This document shows positions 25,504-48,023 of a stretch of DNA of 64,000 bases, one piece after another. The number at the start of each line of letters is the position of its first letter. Position 1 is the stretch's first letter. Both the position numbers and the translations under genes were made by a program. Location: assembly GCF_009914755.1 (NCBI RefSeq), contig NC_060936.1. One strand, given 5' to 3'. The stretch comes from the human T2T-CHM13v2.0 reference genome, Homo sapiens. The notes under the pieces are model-generated. The model made no database searches, was not told the origin of the DNA, and saw nothing but the letters and a program-made list of their open reading frames with translations.

Positions 25504-25760
25504 AAGCCAGGCACGGTGGCTCACGCCTGTAATCCCAGCACTTTGGTTAAGCCCGGGAGTTCAAGACCAGCCTTGGCAACACATGGAAACCCCATCTCTA
25601 CAAAAAAATTAATTTAAAAAAGTAGCCAGGCATAGTGGTGCACGCCTGTAGTCCTAGGTACTCAGGAGACTAAAATGGGAGGGTCACTTGAGCCCAGGAA
25701 TTTAAGGCTGCAGTGAGCCTGGGTGACAGAGGGAGACCCTGTCTCAAAAAAAAAAAAAAG
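25504..25760 (+). mobile_element. AluJ-like with internal deletions
   Basis: Partial consensus with A tail. Confidence 0.88.
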
Positions 25761-27228
25761 AGTGAGTTATGATACAATTATCTACATGATCTTCTTTCAT
25801 AATTACTTACTAAGGGTCTACAACTGTGTCATCTGAAGCCAAGCCCAACTACCATTTAGAAGTAACGATTCCCCTTTTCAAGAAATTACTCCAATCTCAA
25901 AAAAGTGTAAGAAAAAAGTGATGTTTACACTATAGATTGTGTCTGTCAAATAGTTATAAATGTATACTATTTTCATCTATAAGTACAACATAAACTTCCC
26001 TAACTAAGCTTAAATCCAACTTTCTTAGTCAAAAACAAACTGGCAGACAGCTTTTTTAAAAAGTGGCTAACCAATCTTTCTGCTTATTCTGTGTATCTGC
26101 TGCAGCTATCAGCAAATTCATAAACTTCCCTAACAGAGTCACTTTTAATTCATTTCTGGCCTTCACACATCACACTGATTTATCAGTCCCCACAGAGCCC
26201 ACTATACTGAGTCTCTCATACTATGGGCCAAATATAAACATCAGAAAAAAGGTCCCTACTAGTGAAGGATACAATGCTAAGTGCTGCATAAGGCTAAGGA
26301 ATACCCACGAAACACTTAAAATTGAAAATTCAAGAGTGATAATCATCTAATATTTACTGGGCACCTTCTTTATGGCACTATCTTGGAAAACTATATCAAA
26401 GCTATAGGACATTAGGTGGCAGCCAAATGTCTTTCATTGCTTTCAAGTCAAACTTTAACACTTCTACGTGTACTGAATATTTTTGGTCTACAAAATCCAA
26501 AAACGCTTTCTGGTCAGTTAAGGCCTCACAAGCATTCTGAGTCTCTTCTCCCTCCTGAAAACGGGTGAAGGAGGCAAAGTTAATCTTTTTTAAGTTAGCA
26601 ATACTGGTTACAATTGAGGATTTGTAAAGGACTGTACATAAATCTGCTGCACATAAACCACACTATTGAAAGGAAATCCCAGGGTTCATCCTGTCCAACC
26701 ACCCTTCTGATGCTTGAATACTTTCTATTACATTGTCACCAGTATCTGTTCAGCAACATATTAAATGGGATATCTGATAGGTATAATTTGATTTGTAACA
26801 TTGTTTTTATCTACCAAACAGATACACTGGAACCACATACTTGCTCCCTGGAACATGCCAGTATCTTCCATTCCAGAGAGCTTACTTTCTGACTGCCTAG
26901 TATTCAGATAACCCAAATAATCACCATCACTTCTCTTCAGTGGAACACTCACAGTGCTCAGGAATCCTTGTTTTCCTTTATTAAACTCCTGGGAAACTTT
27001 CTCTACCAGCCTTTCTAAGCCTTTTCTACTTTTAAAGACTAATTTCCATGCCCTGAATCCTTTATCCTCAGATCATCTCATAAAACAATCTCAGTGAAGC
27101 AGGATACAAGGTAAATGTCATACATCCCCAACATCTTAATTTATACCTCTCAAAATTTTCTCTCCACCCATCTTCCCTTACCTTGTCCTCAGTCTCAAAT
27201 GAGAAGATGGCCTTCCTCCTAAGGCTAA

Positions 27229-27853
<625 letters not shown>

Positions 27854-28045
27854 TCTCAGTCTTTATTCTTAACATCTCTAGAGCAGTCAATGCTGTTGAC
27901 TATATCCCTACCTATATAGAATGTTCTCCTCATACAATACTACCTATTTTTTCTTGTCTTGTTTCAAACCTTCCACTTCCTATATATAGGTATCCTAAGA
28001 CTCTCTGTTGTTCCAAATGACAGAGTATAAAAAATTAAAGTTCAC

Positions 28046-28795
28046 AAGCAACAGCAACACAAGGTGGCAGCCACCACAGGCTCGGGGGTAAAAGTCCCTT
28101 GCAATTTCCCACTTTTGGAAGAACTCAAAGAAGGCCAGAAAGGAGTAGGAGATGGCAGTTAGCTGAGGTCTAGACAATGATAAAGACGTGACACTTACAA
28201 GACGTACAGGGATGATAATTGGGCCTGCAAGAACAATTTATGAAAACTGAATATACAGCCTTAAAATAAAATGTGGACCCAAATACCCAGAAGCACCCCC
28301 CTTTGTAAGATTTGTAACAAAAAATTAATATGAATGGAGTTAATAGTTCTAATGGATTGGTGGACCCAAGAGCCATATCAGTGCTAGCAAAATGGCAGAA
28401 TTCACAGCACCAAAGTTGTCCTGCAAGAGCTTTGGCGCCTAATGGTGTCTAAAGAAAATATGAAACTCCCTCAGCCACCTCAAGGACAGTGTTACAGCAA
28501 CTAATCGAAAAGAAAAACCACAACACAGTGTTACAGCAATTAATCGAAAAGAAAAACCACAGGCCCTTCCTCTTCCCCCTCATTCAATTTAAGCAGTCTT
28601 CATTTTCCACAGCAGCAAATTTTCTAGATATGTCTTGTAGACCTCAAAGTACTGGAAAGGAAGCTCCCATTCAAAGGAAATTTATCTTAAGATGCTGTAA
28701 AACTAATTTTTTGTCCATTTGAAATATATAAGTTGTGCTATAACAGAAGGAAGGAAGGAAGGAAGGAAGGAAGGAAGGAAGGAAGGAAATAAATT
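28046..28795 (+). pseudogene. UBE2V1 processed pseudogene
   Basis: Intronless match to UBE2V1 ([89 protein letters not shown]), 28064-28504. ATG changed to GTG, two 2-nt deletions, premature stops. 13-bp TSD AATTAAAGTTCAC at 28033-28045 and 28796-28808. Confidence 0.95.
28749..28788 (+). repeat. (GGAA)10 microsatellite
   Basis: Ten perfect GGAA units at the position of the pseudogene poly(A) tail. Confidence 0.97.
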
Positions 28796-29674
28796 AATTA
28801 AAGTTCACCTGGTCAACAAGCAATTCTATGCAGCTAATTCCCAAAACATCATCTCTAGTTCTGTCCCTCTAACTTTTTGTTGGCCATCTCTACCTCCCGT
28901 TAAATTAAATTCATCACCTTTCCCCCAAAACAACAAAATCCCTCACCAGTCAATGGTACACAATTCTAACCTTACTGGCATGCCTTGGAGCCATCTTTGA
29001 GCCCCTCCCCTTTTCCCCTAGTCTGACAATTACTGTCTTGTTGACTCTTATTTTACAAGCATGTCTTTAAATCTGTCTCCTCTTCTCCATTTTTAAAACC
29101 ACTATCCTACTCTAGACCTTCATGACTTTAGGCCTAAAATATCCTAATAGTAAGTTATCTCAATATTCTCCCCTTTCCTTTTCTACTTCTAATACTTTCA
29201 GTTTAGCCAACTCAAAAGCCATTCTGATTCCCCTTGCCTAAATTTACAAAATGCCTCAATACCTCAGCCTTCCACCATGACTTCTACCTAGGACTCTAAA
29301 TTAATCTTTTATAGTCTCTGCATCATACAAACAGGTTTCAAAACATGTAAACTGGGAGTACATCACACCCATCATTGCAGAGTATTCATTTTCCTGCCTA
29401 CTCCATACTTCTCTTTTTCTCCCAGCAAGCAAGTCCTTCAAGGCCAGAGTCAAACCTTACCTACTCTGTAACCCTTTCTAATTGACTCAGCTTTACTTCT
29501 TTTAATCCTTAGTCTTTAGTACTTACATGATATTAGCTTTTTTTTTTTTTAAGCATACTTCCTACCTCTAGGATCTCAGCCCTTGGAAACAAGAACCATA
29601 CCTTATAACTAATTTTATCATCAATGCCTACTACAGTTCACTGCACACAGAAATATCATATACATATTTACTAA

Positions 29675-31278
<1,604 letters not shown>

Positions 31279-32036
31279 TAGCCAAGTATTTTTTTCCACA
31301 GTGGCCCATGATCCTATTTAATCAAATGTTCAAACCTCCTAAATGATGCCTTTTGTACCAACAACTGTCTTTGAGATTTCCCCTAAGGGGCCCTAGAAAA
31401 TCAAAATTCCCTTTACCTTGTAAAAGAGAGATGTTAAAAATAATAGTTTATTTGATCAAACGTTATGGGTCATATGGAAAGCACTGTCAAAGCCAGAGAG
31501 GCTTACCCTCCCTAAGTTTAAGTTAAATTTGTATAGGTAAAATGTTATTAATAGGGATATTTTGGAAGTTCTATGAAGGTATAAAGCTCCTAGAAATTCA
31601 TCAATGCCCTCATTGTCCATGTCTATTAATCAGAGTTCTGGTGCTGCTTTGCCTGGTATTAGACAACAGTATAATGTCATCAGTCATAATTTCAGGGATT
31701 TTTTTTCCTCAATGTTAACTTGGTCATAATTTGGCTTCTTTAATCTTCTAGGTTGGCTAATGGTTCTCAGTTAAGAATTCACATCATTTACTTATGGAAT
31801 GCTATTATATAGAAGTTAACGACCTACTCCAGACTGCTAAATCTTTTTCCTTGATAATCTTGATACATTCTTGATATACTCTATACATATATACATTCTT
31901 GATATACTCTTGACATATTCATGGTCCATTACATCTTAGGATTATATGTCTTTAGATTTTCTCTCTGCAATGAATATATTCATCTATATTCATAAATGAC
32001 ATGTACTAGCCACTCTTCTTTAAAATAAGGTTAATC

Positions 32037-33241
<1,205 letters not shown>

Positions 33242-34593
33242 CTACTACGCCAGGTAACCTGAACACAAGCGTCTGATGGCATCACTTAAATAACTCTGAG
33301 ACCACACCAGTGGACTGAGTCAAGATTTCCAAACAGCTAGTAGAAAAACAGATGGGTTCGTGAGACTGCTAACACAGATCCAGCAGAACAAGAATTAATT
33401 ACATAGGACTGAATAAACTGATGAAGGATGATTATGGGTTTCGTTTAAAATATTGCTGATGCCTTAGCGTCCTATTTTCTGGATATAAGGAACCCCTTTC
33501 TCTTTTCTCTGAAGCTATCTATAACTCACAACAATTTAAGGAGACTATGTTTTTGTAAACCGAAATAAACACTTATCTTTTTCTCCCCCGTCTTACTCCT
33601 CCAGAATTCAAAAACTCTTATTATTTTTATTTTCATGGCAATATAGTTATCTGCAGAGGTTCAATGAGTCTGCCTTCTAGCTGGAAACATTACTTATGCA
33701 ACCAAGGCTTTGACTGGAATGCCACATTTGAAAATATTCATTTAATCAGGTATGACCAAATACTTCTAAGTTACAGTTGACTTTATGAACCAACGCTTAC
33801 AGTCCTCTTAGGAAAACTGGCCTGGTAACTGGCTTACAGAGTTCCCAGCCTTGCAGGTGAATTAAGCAAGATCACTTCCCGGCAGGCTCAAAAATCCTAG
33901 AATATTTTGGGAACTTCAAGACAGGAATTCACCCAAATTTATAGGTATTACAAGTGAAACCTGATGGTCAGTTCTTGACTTACCTTTATAGTCTCAAGAG
34001 GCATTTTAAAGTCCAATCAGATTCCTTAAAAAAACTTTCAGCAAGGCAATATTAAAAGACCTATTATATGATAAATTACTATTATTGCTACACCTATGTA
34101 AATAATCAGGCCCAATCTAATGAGATCAACTTCTCAATGACTCTTATTCCATTGTCAACAGTGACTGATTTTGTTTTAAACAACAGGGAGACTGACCAGT
34201 GCACATCACAATTGCCCATTACTTACTCATTGACTTGGCTTGAATAAACTTTAGTCAGGATTCTCTTCTCCCCACAAATTCCTAAACTTTGGCTTGCCCT
34301 AAGCTTAAGAAAGTAGATGCACAACTTCTTCCCTCATTCTGACCATTAGCTGACTGCAGAAAAAAAAAAAAATGCTTTCCAGTTAAATAGTCCTGGTCAT
34401 GCAATCTGCTCACCCCTACCTATTTGGCCCACATTCCCACAAAGTTCCTGATAGCCCTGCTTACTTCTCCTTTCTATAAAAAAAAAAAAGCCTTTTTCGG
34501 TTTGATTTTGAAGTGTGTTGCAGATCCTGTAGTAAGCATGTCCTTCTACTGCAAAAATCCTTTCAAATAAAGTCTCTCCTTACCTAAGTCTAG

Positions 34594-43222
<8,629 letters not shown>

Positions 43223-45747
43223 ATTGTGAACGTTATACAAATTAAATCTCAAATCATGAAAGCATTTGAGGATATGTCCCTGAACAAGCAAAAATTATAG
43301 CAAAAAGTAACATTAACAAGGTACTCCATATTATTTCATTTAAAACACCCAATAACCCTGCAAACTAGTCAGGTATCATTATCCACACTACCAGTAAAGA
43401 AACTGAGACCTAGAGAAGCGGACTAGACCAGAACCACAAAGTTATGAAGTTGTGACACTTGGGCTTTAAATCCAAGATTTTAGTATTGAAATTCCCAAAT
43501 CTTTCCTTTATACCTTGTCATGTGATGATAGAGATAGGGACACAGCACTAACAGTATTCCCTGGCTTTCTGCTACTAATTCAACAGGGCTACAGGACAGA
43601 AGGTCTCCCAGACTCTCACATACCCCATCACACCCAGCCAATGTTAAAGCCCCAATTCTTTGTGGGGGAAAAAAATGACCTAAATGCAACAAATCAATCA
43701 GATTTTTCTCCTTGGAGTCCAAGGTTGACTAAATATCTTTACTATAACAGAGGATGACATTCTCAAAGAATGAATTAATTCTAAATTATGAACAAAAATA
43801 TTTTACATCAAAAGACAGTTTTACTTCAAATAATATGTACTCACAGCTAAGTACAGTACTGTTACATATTAGAAGACCACCTTACACCATATTTCGCCAC
43901 ATTTAAAACGAGAGCTCCACTTCTGAAAACTTTGCTAGTGGAAACGAGACAATTTAAACTATTACCTCTTCCAGGTCTTGTTACATAAATAAGTGCAACC
44001 TATCTAAATTCCAATAATGAACAAACCCAGCTCTGGTCTCAAAGCTGGTGTTAAACAAACGGCATTTACATCACACGCTTCTCCTCCAAGAAATACAACT
44101 AGACAACCAGAAACATCCCAAGTTATAAGTTTTCCCACGACTCTAACCAATCAGCTGGTTCTCATATTTGTCAGCCCTATTAACCTTATGTCTTAAAATA
44201 CATACATATTCTTATGTCAAATATAGTTGTTTCTAACAGCTACAGCAAAACCCCTTTCAATAGAGTATGCCAATAATAAAATAAGTATATACTTATGAAA
44301 CCTCTCCAGTACGTAACACTTCATTAAAATTTCTGCCACAAAAATCTAATGAACACTACCTTTCCGGGGTTTACATGTGGGAAAACTTTGTAATATGCTT
44401 AGAGTATCAAGTAATATAACATGCAAACACAATGCTGCATTACTACAGAGTAACTGAAGAAAGTATTTCTCCTCCTCCAAAAAAAAACTCAATCATTCTC
44501 ATCCGAAATACATATACACAGTACACGCAAAAATATACACCTGTCACAGACTATTAGTTACTATTAGTGTTCTGTAAACTTAAATTAGTTTGGAGAACTT
44601 AACAAAAGTTTAGCTTGTTAACACCTAAAAATCTCCAGCGACCAGCGGTCACATGCCTGAAAAGAACTTACTATGAACGCCAGTAAGAACTTTACCAAAC
44701 CAAAACTACAAGCCACCGTATCGAGCAGTACTTAAATTCCTCTGCTGGTAAATGCTCCACAGCCATCACAGCCATCTCAAGTTCAACACTAAATAGTTTG
44801 AGAAGAGCTGCCGACGGGCCAGTCAAAAATCTTTGTGAACTGTCACAAAAGTCACAGAGCATGTGTCAGCTTTGCAGTCCAATTCAAAACATCATAGTGC
44901 CATCGAATTCAAGCGATTCCCAGAGCAAATTATCTCGAACAGCCTATGCAATTTACCAAAGTGCCAAGCAGTCCCCAGGGGTGCAGAGCAAATTATCATT
45001 TTGGTCCCAGGACCGGCTCCTCTTCACACGAGGATGAATTTCCCTACTTAGTGCCAACTGTACACTTGCATACTCCGAAAATAGGGGCAAGCCGTGAATA
45101 CCAGAGGTTACAAGGGCAATGTTTTATTTTATTATGGGCTGAAGCTCAGAAGGCTCCCAATGCTGAAACGCTCGACCTATAACCCCGGAGTCACTTTCCA
45201 ACTGCGCTCTCACCCAGGGTCATTATATCCCAAACGGAAGCCAATCATTACCTGTAACAAGGCCTGGAAAAAATAGCAAGAGGGCTTTAAAAGTTCACCT
45301 AAGAAACACCGAAACGGGGTGGGGAGTGGGTGGCGGGGCTTCGATGGATAAGGCCAACCTTAAAGCATCTCGGACTCAAACATTTTAAAAGCCAAAATAC
45401 GTACAAAGACCCTTTTCCCTGGAAGACCCCAGGCAGAGAGAGGCACACAGACACTCAGTCATCCCGACAGCATGGGGTGCCAAGGGTTCCCTAAGACCAG
45501 CAGCCGGGATCGAAGCTCCGATGTGTCCGGGGAAGGTCTGGGAAGCCAGGCCAGGTCCGCATTGTGGCCGGGCGGTGCACGCAGCCCCTGCTCCCGGGCC
45601 CCTTTCTCTCCCCCTCCCCACGACCAGGCCTCTCCCCGCTCCTCTCCCCTTCTCCCTTCCTCCGTCCCTCCCCTCCCCCTAGACACATACAACAAGGCCA
45701 CCTCCCCCCGAACCCCACCAACTTTCCAGTGCCCCCACTCTTCCCAC

Positions 45748-45802
45748 CTCTCAGGAGCACACAGAAGCTGCAGGCCAGGAGGCTCCTCAGGACGGCCCCC
45801 AT
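45748..45802 (-). CDS. LRP6: LRP6 coding exon 1 (55 nt; signal peptide MGAVLRSLLACSFCVLLR + 1 nt)
   Basis: ATG at 45802-45800 in strong Kozak context (AAG ATG G). Translation matches the LRP6 N-terminus. Donor GAG|GTGGGA has GT at 45747-45746. Phase 1 joins exon 2 in frame (G+CG = Ala). Confidence 0.98.
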
Positions 45803-45826
45803 CTTCCCTTCTCGCGTTCTCTTCTC

Positions 45827-45904
45827 TCACCGGCGAGGGGTGGCCAGAAGTGGGGGAGGCGAGGAGCCGGGGCGGCCGCCGCAGCGGCAGGGCTGCACGC
45901 TCAT
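45827..45904 (-). promoter_or_regulatory. Upstream ORF (25 aa, MSVQPCRCGGRPGSSPPPLLATPRR), in frame with the LRP6 ATG
   Basis: ATG at 45904 (AAGT ATG A, A at -3) and TGA at 45829-45827, 24 nt before the main ATG. Translation is not shown by the sequence. Confidence 0.6.
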
Positions 45905-45977
45905 ACTTCCCAGCTTCCCAGCGAGAGAAGAAAGAAAGGGGCACGTCAAGGTTCCGCGCGCGCCGCCGCCGCCCTCT

Positions 45978-46028
45978 CTACCGCGCCGCTCGGCCCCGGG
46001 CTCGCGCGACGCCAGCGTCTGCTTCCAT
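45978..46028 (-). promoter_or_regulatory. Upstream ORF (16 aa, MEADAGVARARGRAAR)
   Basis: ATG at 46028 in strong context (GGG ATG G) and TAG at 45980-45978. Relevant only if the TSS lies upstream of it. Confidence 0.45.
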
Positions 46029-47189
46029 CCCGCCGCCTCCTCCCCCGGCGCCCCGCTTCCCCCGCGCAGCTCCTCATTCAGCCTCTGCCTCGCGCAGCGG
46101 CGCAGGGATACGGTCGGCACCGCCTCCTAGGGTCGCCGCGACCGTGTCCCTGCGCGCAACGAGCCCCTTCTCCCGGTACTGCCTCCTGTACGGCCAGGGA
46201 AGGGAGTCGGCAACCGCACGCACAGCCTCTGCCTGAGACCCTGGGAGAGGTTCTGGGCTAGCAGAGGCGAACTGGGAGGGAAAGCCTCCTCCCGGTGGCG
46301 CATTCCAGCGGGATTCTTTCCCGGACCGGCCGCTTCGGCCCTCCCCGCGGAGGGCGTGAGGCGGTGTCGAACAACATTGGAGCCGGCGTGGTCGGGACTA
46401 CTTTCTGCGGCTCGGCCGGGCAGCCGTCTGCCTCGCTCTTTGTGCGGCCGCCGCCGGCAGGGCCAGGTGGGGCTCCGGTCTCGCGCCCCCAGCCACCTGA
46501 GACTGCCCAGCCGCGGTGCACGCGCGGGGAGCCACGGCGGATCCCGTTGCGGGGTGATGAGCTCCGTCTTCGGGGTTGGAAATCGGTTTCAGCATCCTTT
46601 TTTTGGGAGGGCGGAATTTTTGAACGCTGTTTACACCGGCTTTCAGCGTGGATCTGGTGAACGATATTAAAACGCCAATTCAAAACTGAGATTGTCATTT
46701 TTCTCCCGCCTTCCCAGAAATACAAACTGCCCCCAGAATTAAGCCCGACCAGCTAAAGATTTCTAAACTGGCAGATAAAATTCCAAGATAAATGCCTCAA
46801 AACCTAAGAGCAAAGGGACAATTGGACAAGACTATTTAGGATTTTACAAGTTGCATATAATAACGAATGTTTGGCATGCTTCGATTATCAATTCTCAGCT
46901 TGAGAAGGAAAAGATTCCCTAGAATCTCAGACTGTGCACAGCCTCTGCTACTCCCAGTGCATTGGGCATTCAGGAGTAATGGCCCAGACGCCCCCTGAAA
47001 TCACCTGCCAGGCTTTCGTCTGGGCAGAGGCGCTCCAACAGTTAACCCTAATGGAGCCATCAGATGCATCCTGCCCAGCTGTCACACGCCCTTACCTGGA
47101 GGCAGATGGGCAAGAAAGTGGAGCTGCTACCACAATGTTAACAAGTACCTCAGTGACATTGGAGTTCACTAGTGCTTGAACACAAGTTA

Positions 47190-47360
47190 TCATATTTGAC
47201 ACTCAAAACTACCCTGGGGAAAGGCAGGTTTTGTTACTTATTCTTTATTGCACAGAGGAGCAAAATGAGAACCTGAGAGGTTAATGACTTACCCAGGGCC
47301 ACTCAAGTAATGAATAGCAGTACCTCAGCCCAATCCAGGTCTCTGACTTAAGCCACTCCG
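47190..47360. mobile_element. MIR relic; other MIR-like pieces at about 43330-43480 and 63850-63960
   Basis: ACAGAGGAGCAAAATGAGAACCTGAGAGGTTAATGACTTACCCAGGGCCAC resembles the MIR core. Confidence 0.65.
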
Positions 47361-47605
47361 CTCCTTCCAAGAAATGCGCGCTGAACCAAAGGTGCTGCAG
47401 GTTTGTAAGTAGATGGACAGCAGAAACAGCCAAATCACTTTCTCCCAAATTCACCTGAGGTCTAGTCACCGTTTATTTAAATGACCTGCTTCTAAGAACC
47501 AAGTGAGTTTTGTATTCTGGCTTCCTCAAAGCAGGAAACTGGGCCGGGGGCGGGTGGCTCAGGCCTGTAATCCCAGCACTTTGGGAGGCCGAGGCGGACA
47601 GATCA

Positions 47606-47785
<180 letters not shown>

Positions 47786-47857
47786 TCATTACACTCCAGC
47801 CTGGGCAACAGAGCAAGATTGCGTCTCAGAAAAAAAAAAAAAAAGAAAAGAAAGTTA

Positions 47858-48023
47858 ACCTTCACTTTCACAGGCCCCTTCCAATGTCTGGGGAGGGGCC
47901 TTTATGGTATGTTCACATGGTCCTATTTGCAAAACAAAGATAATTTTGAATTCCTCTTCTGTATAATTGTATTATACAAAATTGTATAAGCTTCAAGTCC
48001 CACAAAGCCTGGATCTGTCCCTA
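47858..48023 (-). mobile_element. MER53/MamRep38-like hAT MITE; a related copy lies at about 52310-52481
   Basis: The reverse complement reads GATCCAGGCTTTGTGGGACTTGAAGCTTATACAATTT. Confidence 0.6.

Larger units (their letters stand above)
45480..46710. promoter_or_regulatory. CpG island and TATA-less promoter of LRP6
   Basis: Very high GC and CpG density around exon 1. GC-box-like GGGAGGGCGG near 46604. TGACGTG at 45948-45942 on the minus strand. No Alus between about 43230 and 47540. Confidence 0.93.

Noticed and set aside
45958-45973. CCG/GGC repeat in the 5' leader as an expansion locus
   Set aside because: Only about four units, which is normal for a CpG island.
45459-46725. Long overlapping ORFs on both strands, up to 254 aa
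   Set aside because: Stop codons are scarce in the GC-rich island. The peptides are low-complexity Pro/Arg/Gly/Ala with no recognisable domain.
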